64,000 nt of DNA from Gemmatimonadota bacterium (GTDB lineage Bacteria > Gemmatimonadota > Gemmatimonadetes > Palauibacterales > Palauibacteraceae): contig OZ220691.1 in NCBI GenBank assembly GCA_965116475.1, positions 2,336,001 to 2,400,000 on the forward strand, in the 5' to 3' direction. This document shows, in pieces, positions 26,066 to 35,221 of this stretch (positions are counted from its first letter, which is position 1; each line of letters begins with the position of its first letter). Made by a program: the position numbers and the translations under genes. The notes below the pieces were generated by a model that was not told where the DNA came from, did no database searches, and worked only from the letters and a program-made list of their open reading frames with translations.

Positions 26066-28687
26066 TCAGCCCGGGGAGACCTGCAGGCGTGCGTACAGGT
26101 AGCGGCCGTTGAATCCCATCGCCGAGAACGAGCGATAGGGGAAGATCCCTCCGAACGCGTCCACCCGCGTCGGGAAGGCGTCGAAGAGGTTCTCCCCGCC
26201 GACCGTGAGCCGCCACCCTCCCGCCACCTCGACGTGGACTCGCGCGTCGAAGGTGACCTTCGGTTCGAGGAGCCGGATCCGGTGGGGGTGCTCTCCCACG
26301 CCGAGCGCACGCAGTTCCTCCTGCGCCCCGTAGACGTTTGCCCCGAGGCCGACCTCGAACGCGCCGGATGTGAACGTCGTCCCGAACCTGCCGCGCCAGT
26401 CCGGGCGTCCCTCCTCGAGGAAGAAGACATCGAACCCGTCGTAGATCCTGAACGATTCGTCCCGCAACGCCTCGTTTTCATGCACGCAGGCCGCGATATC
26501 GCCGTCGGGGCAGCGCCCGCGCACCTGCCCCCAGCCGGCGGAGGCCCCGAGTTCGAGGCGTGAGGCGTCCGCGAGCCGCCACCCCCATGTGAGCCCCGCA
26601 TCGATGCCGTACGACCGCAGGTCGATCGCGTTGGTGAAGAAACGGACCGATTCCGCAGCGAAGCCCGCCAGCAGGTGCTCGACCAGGCCGCTGGCCCCGC
26701 TCGCCAACGGGTTGGAAAGGAGGATGGCGTCGTCGACGTCCGTCGCGTAGCCGTCGATCGTGAAGTGCAGGCCATCGGCCGGCGCGAGCGCGAACCCCGC
26801 GCTGACGGAGCGCGACCGCTCACCCCGCAGGGGCGAGGCGCCGACCGCCCCGGCCGCCGGAGCGTCCACCGGATACGTACCCGCCTCGAATCCGGCGATC
26901 GCGCCCGGCTCGTCCGGGTCCTCGCGCCGCCCCGCCGTGACGTGTCCGTAGCGCGACTGGCTCAGCGCGGGCGGCCGGAATCCGGTGGACACGCTCGCCC
27001 GGAAGGCGGCGGTTCCGGAGAGGGCCAGGCGCAGCCCGAGCTTCCCGTTCAGCGAGGTGCCGACGTCGCTGAAGCGCTCGTAGCGTCCCGTCGCGGAGAG
27101 CACGAGCGGCCGCGTGAGAGGCGCGTCTACGTCCGCGTGGAGGCTGAAGCTCGACCGGTACCAGATCCCGGCCTCCTCCGGCCGGAAACCGGTGAAGCGC
27201 TGGGAGCCCGCGGCCGCCACGCCGCCGCTCTGCGTCGGGTGGAAGCCGTCTACCCTCGACGCGGGTTCCCCCGCCAGGATCCGGTAGCCGTCGAGGCGGA
27301 ACGTCGCCCCGAGGGAGAGGCTCGCCGGGCCCGCGCCGAGTCCCGTCGCGATTCGGCGCCCGACGTCCGCGTTCGCGAGGAACTGAAGGTTCTCGAGGGC
27401 GCCCGTGGAGAACCGGGTCCGGTTCGGAATTCCGGGATCGTCCGCGGTCCCCGGGATCCCGTCGGCGCCGGGCGCGCACGCCGCTTCAAGGCAGGGCCCG
27501 AGCGACGGGTTGAGCGTGTCGAACAGGTCGTTGTCGATCCGGTTCGAGCCGTACTGGGTGCTCAGGTCCCAGCTCCAGCCGGCCTCCGCGCCGGGCTCGG
27601 CGCCGGCCTCGGAGTTTTCCTCGGAGCCGGTCTCGGGGCGGCGCCGGAAGCCGGTGACGAGAGACACGTCGCGTGTGTCGGCGTCGAAGTGCGGCAGGAA
27701 GCCGAGCGGATGGATCCCGGGCCAGTTGCGGTCGTCCATCGAGCGCACGAAGAAGCCCGCGTGCCGGTCCCGGCGCCGACTGTAGCCGCCGAAGGCGTAG
27801 AGTTCCGCGCCGCCGGGGCGGTCGCCCGCCGCCGCGAGGGGGAGTTCGAAGTTGGCGAACAACATGAAGTTCGAGGCCTCGCCGTCTCCCCACAGGTGGT
27901 TCGGCTGCGCGACCTCGTTGTGCTTCAGGATGACGAGACCCCGGTCGACGAAGTCGGCGTCCCCCGGGAGGATCTGGTCGCGGCCATCGGCGCCCGCGCG
28001 GTTCGTCGGTTCCCGCTGGCTGAACGCGCCCGTGAGGTTCAGGACGCCGCGACGGCCGATGCCCGCACCCCAGGTCCCCGAGAAGTCGTAGCGAAGCCCG
28101 TCGTCATCCCACTCGTCCGGAAAGTGGTGGCCGACGGAGGCGATGAACTCGGGTGCCGAGACCGCGTTCCGGAGGCGCAGGTCGATGACCCCCGCGATCG
28201 CGTCGGCGCCGTGCCGCGTCGTGCCCCCGTCGCGCGCGACCTCGACGCGGTCGATCGCCTGCAGCGGGAAGGCGTTCATGTCCACGCCGCTCGCGCCCGG
28301 AAAGGCGCCGGCGCCCAGCGTATGCACGACCGCCGTGGCGTGGCGGCGTTTCCCGTTCACGAGGACGAGCGTGTGGTCCGGCGACAGCCCACGCAGATGG
28401 AAGGGCCGAACGCCCGACGTGAGGTCCGCGACCTGCCGGCGCGGGAAGTAGGCGGAAGGCAGGAGTTCGCCGAGGGCCGAGGCGAGTTCCGCCTGTCCGG
28501 CCTCGAGAAGCTCCGCTCTCGAAAGAACTTCGAGGGTGTCCGGGGGTGTGCGACCCGACGGGCCGGTCTGCGCCTCGGCGGCCCGGGGCGCGGCGGTGGA
28601 GTACGTCGCGGCACCGGCGAGGAGCAGCGTCCCGAGGGCGAACCGCGCACCGTGCCTCCGTCCCCGTGAGATCGGCGTGTCGGTCAT
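26066..28687 (-). CDS. TonB-dependent receptor
   Basis: Signal peptide; plug LRGLSPDHTLVLVNGKRRH, AIDRVEV..DG....GADAIAGVI; barrel end VGGENLFDAFP, FNGRYLYARL. Confidence 0.9.
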   Translation of the reverse strand: MTDTPISRGRRHGARFALGTLLLAGAATYSTAAPRAAEAQTGPSGRTPPDTLEVLSRAELLEAGQAELASALGELLPSAYFPRRQVADLTSGVRPFHLRGLSPDHTLVLVNGKRRHATAVVHTLGAGAFPGASGVDMNAFPLQAIDRVEVARDGGTTRHGADAIAGVIDLRLRNAVSAPEFIASVGHHFPDEWDDDGLRYDFSGTWGAGIGRRGVLNLTGAFSQREPTNRAGADGRDQILPGDADFVDRGLVILKHNEVAQPNHLWGDGEASNFMLFANFELPLAAAGDRPGGAELYAFGGYSRRRDRHAGFFVRSMDDRNWPGIHPLGFLPHFDADTRDVSLVTGFRRRPETGSEENSEAGAEPGAEAGWSWDLSTQYGSNRIDNDLFDTLNPSLGPCLEAACAPGADGIPGTADDPGIPNRTRFSTGALENLQFLANADVGRRIATGLGAGPASLSLGATFRLDGYRILAGEPASRVDGFHPTQSGGVAAAGSQRFTGFRPEEAGIWYRSSFSLHADVDAPLTRPLVLSATGRYERFSDVGTSLNGKLGLRLALSGTAAFRASVSTGFRPPALSQSRYGHVTAGRREDPDEPGAIAGFEAGTYPVDAPAAGAVGASPLRGERSRSVSAGFALAPADGLHFTIDGYATDVDDAILLSNPLASGASGLVEHLLAGFAAESVRFFTNAIDLRSYGIDAGLTWGWRLADASRLELGASAGWGQVRGRCPDGDIAACVHENEALRDESFRIYDGFDVFFLEEGRPDWRGRFGTTFTSGAFEVGLGANVYGAQEELRALGVGEHPHRIRLLEPKVTFDARVHVEVAGGWRLTVGGENLFDAFPTRVDAFGGIFPYRSFSAMGFNGRYLYARLQVSPG

Positions 28688-28875
28688 CCAGCATGTTCAC
28701 ACGCGCGCGCGCCGGGCGCCAACACGCGGCGTCGGACCCGGGTGGCGGCGGCATCCGCCCTCCCGCGCTGTACGGCGCGCGGGCCAGGCGCGAGATTCGA
28801 GGCTCGGCCGCACCGGACGACTCCCGAAGGAACCGGCAACCCGTGGCAGAATCCCGCATGGCCCGACCCCGACCG

Positions 28876-31800
28876 ATGACCCGAATCGCACGGACCCTGC
28901 TCGCGCTGGCGCTGCTCGGCGCCTCCGCCCCGGCGGGCGCGCACGCCCAACCCGTCGACGACGCGTGGCTCGATCTCCTCGAGTGGCGCTCGATCGGACC
29001 CACCCGCGGCGGCCGCGTGCTCGGCGTGGCCGGGCACCCCTTGGACGACCTCGTCTTCTTTCAGGGCGTCGCCGGCGGTGGCGTCTGGAAGACCGAGGAC
29101 GGCGGGGCGAACTGGCGAAACGTCTCCGACGGCTATTTCGGCACGGGCTCCGTCGGGGCCGTAGAGGTCAGCCGTTCCCGCCCCGACATCGTCTACGTCG
29201 GCATGGGCGAGGCGTGCATCCGCGGCAACGCCTCGCACGGCGACGGCGTCTACCGCTCCGACGACGGGGGGGCGACCTGGCGGCACCTCGGGCTCGCGGA
29301 GACGCTCCAGATCGCCCGCGTGCGCGTCCATCCGGCGAACCCCGACATCGCCTGGGTGGCCGCGCTCGGCGACGCGTGGGGCCCGAGCGAGGCGCGCGGC
29401 GTCTACCGCACCCGCGACGGCGGCGCGACCTGGGAGAAGGTTCTGTACCGGGACGAGAACTCGGGTGCGATCGACCTCGTCCTCGATCCGGCGAACCCCG
29501 ACGTCCTGTACGCGTCACTGCTGGAACTGAGGCGCTTCCCCTGGGGCTTCCGCAGCGCGGGCCCCGGCACCGGACTGTTCAAGAGCACGGACGGCGGCGA
29601 CACGTGGGCCGAGCTGACCGACAACCCCGGCCTCCCATCCGGCCTCAAGGGGCGGATCGGCATCGCCGTCTCGCCGCGGAACTCAGGCCGTCTGTGGGCG
29701 ATCGTCGACGCGGTGCGCGGTGCGAAGGGGATCTTCCGCTCCGACGACGCGGGAGAGACGTGGACGCGCGTCAACGAAGACGCCAACCTCCTCCAGCGCC
29801 CGTGGTACTACCACCACATCGTCGCGGACCCCGCCGACGAGAACACCGTCTTCGTCCTTAACGTTTTCCTCTGGAAGTCGACGGACGGCGGCGAGACTTT
29901 CGAGCGCGTGTTCACGCCGCACCCGGATCACCACGACCTGTGGATCGACCCCGCGAATCCGCGGCGGATGGTCAACGGGAGCGACGGCGGCGCCTCGGTG
30001 AGCTTCGACGGCGGCCTCTCGTGGTCGAGTCTTCTCAACCAGTCGACGGCGCAACTGTACCACGTGACCGCCGACCACCAGACGCCGTACCGGCTCTACG
30101 CCTCCCAGCAGGACAACACGTCGATCTCCGTCCCCGTCCGCTCGGACTTCGGCCGCATCGGCATCGAAGACTGGTACACCGTGGGCGGGGGCGAGGACGG
30201 CTACATCGCGGTGAACACCGAGGACCCGAACATCGTCTACGCGGGAGACCACCACTGGGTGTACCGGTACGACCACCGCAACCGGCAGGTACGGGACATC
30301 TCCCCGAACCCCGAGACGCACTACGGCTGGGGCTCGGCCGACATCAACTACCGGTTCTGGTGGACGTACCCGGTGATGACGTCGCCGCACGACCCGAACG
30401 TCCTCTACGTGACCTCGCAGCACGTCCACCGGACGACGGACGAGGGCCACAGCTGGGAGGTCATCAGCCCCGACCTCACGCGCGCCGACCCGCGGACGCT
30501 GGAGCCGACGCCCGCGTACGAGAACGAGGATACGGGAGAATACTGGGGGCCGATCACGCGGGAGGCTTACGGGCCCGAGTGGTACGCGACGATCTTCGCG
30601 TTCGCCGAGTCGCCGCTCGAGCCGGGGCTCCTGTGGGCGGGCTCGGACGACGGATACATCCACGTGTCGCGCGACGGCGGCGCGAACTGGCAGGACGTGA
30701 CGATCCCGGACCTGCCCGAGTTCGCGTTGATTTCCATCCTCGAGCCGTCGCTGCACGATCCCGCGACGGCGTACGTCGCCGCGACGCGGTACAAGCTCTC
30801 CGACCACGCCCCGTACCTGTACCGGACCACGGACTACGGGGAGACGTGGACCCGGATCACGTCGGGGATCCCGGACAACGACTTCACGCGCGTCATCCGG
30901 GAGGATCCGGGCCGGGCCGGACTCCTGTACGCCGGCACCGAACGCACCGTCCACGTTTCGTTCGACGCCGGGGACTCCTGGCAGCCGCTGAGCCTCAACC
31001 TCCCGGTCGTCCCCATCCACAACCTCGTGCTCCGGGACGGCGACCTCGCGGCGGCCACGCACGGGCGCTCGTTCTGGGTCCTGGACAACGTGGACCTGCT
31101 CCATCAGCTCGAGGCCGGGGCAGGGGAGAGCGCAGCGGCGAGCGAGCCGAGGCTCTTCCGTCCGCCGACCACGACGCGCTTCAACCCGGGCGCCTCCCCC
31201 GCCGCCCTGTTCTCGACCATGGGCCGGCCGGGCGCGGGCGATCCGGCCGGCGCGAATCCGCCGGACGGCGTCGTGATCCCGTACTACCTGCCGGAGTCCG
31301 TGCCGGGCGGAGTGACGCTGCGGATCCGCGAGGGGGGTGCGCTGATCCGCGAGTTTTCGAGCGAAACGGCGGCGGCGTCACCGGCAATGGACTTCTTCGG
31401 CCTCGGCGGCGGCGGCGCGGCGCTCTCAGCCGATGCCGGCGCGCACACCTTCGTGTGGGATCTGCGCGTCGAGCCGGCCGACGTGCTCGACGACGCCGTC
31501 TTCCAGGGAAGCGCCCAGGGTCCCCGCGTGCCGCCCGGCGATTACACCGTCGAACTCGAGTTCGGCGGCCGCACGCTCACCCAGCCGTTCGCGGTCGTAC
31601 GCGATCCGAGGGTGGATGTGACGGACGAGGAACTGCGCGCCCAGTTCGAGTTCCTGCTGGAGGCGAGGGACCGCCTGACCGAGACGATGGAACTCGTGGC
31701 GAGGATCCGGGATCTGCGGACCCGGGCCGAGGACGCCGTGGAGCGCGGCGGCGGCGGAGACCGCCTGCGGGCCGCGCTCTCGGAGCTCAACGGCGAACTC

Positions 31801-32046
31801 TACCCCGTCGAGGAACGCCTCGTGCAGTACCGGGCGCGCGCCGGCCAGGACCTGATCGCGAACCCCACCGCCATCGACAGCAAGCTGGCGCGGCTCATGG
31901 GATTCGCTTCAATGGGAGATGGCCCGCCGACGCAGGGACAACTGGACCTGCTGGCCCGGCTCGCCGCCGGCATCGAGGAGCGCGCGGCGGCGGTGGACGA
32001 GATCGAACGGACGACGTGGGCGAATCTCGTGCGGCTCGTGCCCTGA
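28876..32046 (+). CDS. Secreted BNR/VPS10 (sortilin-like) repeat glycosyl-hydrolase-like protein
   Basis: Signal peptide; WRSIGPTRGGR; many S/TxDGGxTW Asp-boxes; HPDHHDLWIDP; ATHGRSFW; C-terminal coiled coil; alternative ATG at 28858. Confidence 0.85.
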   Translation: MTRIARTLLALALLGASAPAGAHAQPVDDAWLDLLEWRSIGPTRGGRVLGVAGHPLDDLVFFQGVAGGGVWKTEDGGANWRNVSDGYFGTGSVGAVEVSRSRPDIVYVGMGEACIRGNASHGDGVYRSDDGGATWRHLGLAETLQIARVRVHPANPDIAWVAALGDAWGPSEARGVYRTRDGGATWEKVLYRDENSGAIDLVLDPANPDVLYASLLELRRFPWGFRSAGPGTGLFKSTDGGDTWAELTDNPGLPSGLKGRIGIAVSPRNSGRLWAIVDAVRGAKGIFRSDDAGETWTRVNEDANLLQRPWYYHHIVADPADENTVFVLNVFLWKSTDGGETFERVFTPHPDHHDLWIDPANPRRMVNGSDGGASVSFDGGLSWSSLLNQSTAQLYHVTADHQTPYRLYASQQDNTSISVPVRSDFGRIGIEDWYTVGGGEDGYIAVNTEDPNIVYAGDHHWVYRYDHRNRQVRDISPNPETHYGWGSADINYRFWWTYPVMTSPHDPNVLYVTSQHVHRTTDEGHSWEVISPDLTRADPRTLEPTPAYENEDTGEYWGPITREAYGPEWYATIFAFAESPLEPGLLWAGSDDGYIHVSRDGGANWQDVTIPDLPEFALISILEPSLHDPATAYVAATRYKLSDHAPYLYRTTDYGETWTRITSGIPDNDFTRVIREDPGRAGLLYAGTERTVHVSFDAGDSWQPLSLNLPVVPIHNLVLRDGDLAAATHGRSFWVLDNVDLLHQLEAGAGESAAASEPRLFRPPTTTRFNPGASPAALFSTMGRPGAGDPAGANPPDGVVIPYYLPESVPGGVTLRIREGGALIREFSSETAAASPAMDFFGLGGGGAALSADAGAHTFVWDLRVEPADVLDDAVFQGSAQGPRVPPGDYTVELEFGGRTLTQPFAVVRDPRVDVTDEELRAQFEFLLEARDRLTETMELVARIRDLRTRAEDAVERGGGGDRLRAALSELNGELYPVEERLVQYRARAGQDLIANPTAIDSKLARLMGFASMGDGPPTQGQLDLLARLAAGIEERAAAVDEIERTTWANLVRLVP

Positions 32047-32074
32047 GCCGCACGAGGCCGGCCGGGAGGAGCCG

Positions 32075-32863
32075 CTAGTAGCGGTCCCTGAGCGTGATCG
32101 CGATCGCACCCACGAAGCCGTCTCCGCCGTAGCGGGCGGACGCCTCGGTCCGGGTCAGAATCTCGATTCGGCTCACTTCATCGATCGACAGGTCGCGGAT
32201 CGCCCCGATCGCGTCGGCTTCCCGCCGCTCGTTGATCCTCAGCTGGATCGACTGCATCGAGCCGGCGCGGGCACTCGACGTCGCGGACATGAGGAGGATC
32301 ACCTCCCCCACCCCGCTCAGGCGCTCGAACCGCAGAAGCTGGTGCCGCCGCAGCAGGTCGTACACGCTCATTTCGGGCAGGGTAAGCAGATCGTCGGCGC
32401 GAATGATCTCGGAGCTGAACGCCCGCCCGGATCCTCCGCTGCCCCCTCCGGCGAGCGATCCGATCTCCTCCCGCAGGTCGGCTTCGCCGGTCAGCGAGAT
32501 GAACAGATCCTGCTGGGCAAGCGGCGCGGCCGTCGCGTAGGGGACGGCCTCGCCGCGCCGGTCGCCGAGGAGGGCCCGCAGCGAGACCTCCATGTCCTTC
32601 GGCAGCCCGCACATGATGTAGAGGCCTTCCAGGTTGGTCTGGACTTCGATGCGCTGCCTGGCATTGTCCTGCACCCAGCTGGCGGCGACGGTTGCGCCGG
32701 GAACGATGGTCTGCGCCTCGGGATCCGTCAGGTAGCCCACGACGGCCGCTTGCGTCGCTTCGTCACCGCCGGGGCAGAAGTCTATGAACGACTGGGCCGC
32801 CGCCGGGTTCGCGACGACCAGAAACAGGACAGGCACCGCAAGGCGCACGTACGAATGCCGCAT
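32075..32863 (-). CDS. Secreted protein with carboxypeptidase-regulatory-like and TonB plug-like domains, no barrel
   Basis: Signal peptide; VPGATVAASW, EGLYIMCGLP; C-terminal LSIDEVSRIEIL...ASARYGGDGFVGAIAITLR. Confidence 0.68.
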   Translation of the reverse strand: MRHSYVRLAVPVLFLVVANPAAAQSFIDFCPGGDEATQAAVVGYLTDPEAQTIVPGATVAASWVQDNARQRIEVQTNLEGLYIMCGLPKDMEVSLRALLGDRRGEAVPYATAAPLAQQDLFISLTGEADLREEIGSLAGGGSGGSGRAFSSEIIRADDLLTLPEMSVYDLLRRHQLLRFERLSGVGEVILLMSATSSARAGSMQSIQLRINERREADAIGAIRDLSIDEVSRIEILTRTEASARYGGDGFVGAIAITLRDRY

Positions 32864-32961
32864 ATCGATCCTCTCTCCTCTCGGTTGTATACTCTCGGGC
32901 AAACTCGCCCATACCCCGCAAGGTGCCCCAGGTGCCGCCCGGAGCGCTACGGAGGAATCAA

Positions 32962-34335
32962 CTGAGCAAGATCGACAGACGGGATTTCGTGCGTCGCGCC
33001 GGACGCTGGGCCGGGACCGCCGCGCTCGCACCTTCGCTCGCGGGTCTGGCCGCGCGCGCCGGACCCGCGGCCGCGTCCACGCTCCGGACGGCTCGCGGAT
33101 CCGCCGGATACGGACCCCTGCGCCCCGCGGGTCCGGAACTCGCCCTCCCCGAGGGGTTTTCCTACGTCATCCTCAGCGTGGAGGGCCGTCTGATGTCCGA
33201 TGGCCGCCCTACGCCCCGGGCCCACGACGGCATGGGACTCTTTCCGGTCGGCGACGATGTCGTCCGCCTCGTGCGAAACCACGAAGATCAGGACCCACCC
33301 GGTGTCGCGGTCCCGCTGGTGTCCCCGGAACTGGCGTACGACCCCCTCGCGGGCGGCGGCACGACGACCCTGGAGGTCCGGATCGAGGCCGACGGGCGTC
33401 CGGTCCTCGTGCGCGACTTCGTGAGCGCGGGGGGGACGATGATCAACTGCGCGGGGGGGACGACCCCGTGGCGCAGTTGGCTGACGTGCGAGGAAACGAC
33501 CTTCGGGCCGGGGCGCGGCTGGACCGCGCCCCACGGGTACGTGTTCGAGGTCCCCGCCGACGCGGACGAACCGGTCCGGGCCGAGCCGATACGGGAGATG
33601 GGACGGTTCACGCACGAGGCGGTCGCGGTGGATCCCACGACGGGGTTCGTCTACGAGACGGAAGACTACAACCGCCGCTCCGGGTTCTATCGCTTTCGGC
33701 CTCAGACGCCCGGCGTTCTCCGGGATGGGGGCGCTTTGGAGATGCTCGCCGTGCGGGGGGCGCCGCAGGTCGATCTCCGCACCGGCCAGCGGCCGGGGGT
33801 ATGGCGCGAGGTCGAATGGGTGCCGATCGAGAACCCCGATCCCCCCGAAGCCGAGCGCAACGCGACCACGGTGTGGATGGAGGGGTTCGAGGCGGGCGGG
33901 GCCCGATTCTCCCGGCTTGAGGGCTGCTGGCACGCGGACCGGAGCATCTATTTCCACGCGACGAACGGGGGGGATGCCCAGCTTGGCCAGGTCTGGCGGT
34001 ATGTACCGGACGAAGAGGCGCTCGCGCTCGTCTTCGAGTCGCCGTCGGAGGAGGTGCTCTCGGGGCCGGACAACATCACGGTGAGTCCGCGGGGCGGGAT
34101 CCTCATCTGCGAGGACAACTCGGGCGAGACGCACCTCCGGGGACTGTCGCCGGCGGGGGAGGTCTTCCCCTTCGCCCGGAATCTCCTGAACTCGCGCGAG
34201 TTCGCCGGCGCCTGTTTCAGTCCCGATGGCCGGACGCTGTTCATCAACCTCCAGGGAGACACGATTTCCATGGGGCCCGGGAATCTCGGTCAGACGCTCG
34301 CCATTTGGGGACCTTGGGAGCGCGGGCCGCTCTGA
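32962..34335 (+). CDS. phoX: PhoX-family (DUF839) alkaline phosphatase with Tat signal
   Basis: DRRDFVRR twin-Arg motif; HDGMG, RNHE, NCAGG.TPW..WLTCEE, MGRFTHEA, GPDNI, CED, EFAG; start probably CTG 32962 after GGAGG (alternative GTG 32923). Confidence 0.85.
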   Translation: MSKIDRRDFVRRAGRWAGTAALAPSLAGLAARAGPAAASTLRTARGSAGYGPLRPAGPELALPEGFSYVILSVEGRLMSDGRPTPRAHDGMGLFPVGDDVVRLVRNHEDQDPPGVAVPLVSPELAYDPLAGGGTTTLEVRIEADGRPVLVRDFVSAGGTMINCAGGTTPWRSWLTCEETTFGPGRGWTAPHGYVFEVPADADEPVRAEPIREMGRFTHEAVAVDPTTGFVYETEDYNRRSGFYRFRPQTPGVLRDGGALEMLAVRGAPQVDLRTGQRPGVWREVEWVPIENPDPPEAERNATTVWMEGFEAGGARFSRLEGCWHADRSIYFHATNGGDAQLGQVWRYVPDEEALALVFESPSEEVLSGPDNITVSPRGGILICEDNSGETHLRGLSPAGEVFPFARNLLNSREFAGACFSPDGRTLFINLQGDTISMGPGNLGQTLAIWGPWERGPL

Positions 34336-35009
34336 GCCGGCGCGGGGCCGCTCCGAGCCGGCGAGGGGCCGCGTTCGGCGTGGCGCTCGCCGCCGCGCTC
34401 TCCGGCCAGGCCTGCGTGTGGTCCGTGCCGCTCGCGACGACGCCATCCGCCGACCCGCCGCTCTACGCCGACCCGTCGCTCTACGCCGTCGGCTGGACGG
34501 AGACCGGGATCGCCTCGTGGTACGGGGAGCCGTTTCACGGTCGGAACACGGCGGCCGGGGACACCTACGACATGAATGCCATGTCCGCCGCCCACCGGAC
34601 GATCCCCTTCGGGACCCGGATCCGCGTGAACAACCTCGACAACGGGCGCTCCATCGAACTCGATGTGAACGATCGCGGGCCCTTCGTGCCCGGTCGCATC
34701 CTGGACCTGTCCCGCGGGGCGGCGAGCGATCTCGACATGATCGGGCCCGGTACGGCGCGCGTGCGGATCACCGTCATCGGAGCGGCGACCCCCGTCTCCG
34801 CGCGCGGCGGATGCGTCGTGGTCCAGGTCGCCGCCTATCGGGAGCGCCGGAACGCCGAGGCGAAGCGGCAGGAGGTCGCGCGGGCGGGGTTCGAGGCTTC
34901 GATCGAACCGTACCGGGACATGTACCGCGTCCTGGCCGGCCCCTTCGCCGCCGAGCCCGCGGCCGTCCGCGCGCGCGACACGCTGGGCGGGTTCATGCGC
35001 CGCTGCTGA
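34332..35009 (+). CDS. rlpA: Septal ring lytic transglycosylase RlpA family lipoprotein with SPOR domain
   Basis: GIASWYG, AAHRTIPFGT, VNDRGPF, RILDLSRGAA; SPOR VQVAAY...YRVLAGPF; start uncertain (TTG 34305 or CTG 34332). Confidence 0.88.
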   Translation: MSRRGAAPSRRGAAFGVALAAALSGQACVWSVPLATTPSADPPLYADPSLYAVGWTETGIASWYGEPFHGRNTAAGDTYDMNAMSAAHRTIPFGTRIRVNNLDNGRSIELDVNDRGPFVPGRILDLSRGAASDLDMIGPGTARVRITVIGAATPVSARGGCVVVQVAAYRERRNAEAKRQEVARAGFEASIEPYRDMYRVLAGPFAAEPAAVRARDTLGGFMRRC

Positions 35010-35221
35010 CGGTCACGGCGGAGGTCGACCGCCGGCCGGTCCGTGACCTCACCCGCGCTTGAGTCGTGCTAGACCGTACGAGCTGGAGCGGATAGCGAAG
35101 GTCGGGTGCCTCGGGTAGCTTTCGGCACCCCCTGACTGCTTGCCGTCCGCGATGCGGCACGGCCCCCCGGGGTCCAGGAACCCGGGAGGGCCGAAAGCAG
35201 CGGTCTCCTGGTGGAGGATGT

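Noticed and set aside
35130..35205. SRP RNA or hammerhead ribozyme
   Set aside because: CAGG...AGCAG spacing is 17 nt rather than the SRP helix-8 spacing, and CTGACTG does not match the CUGANGA core.
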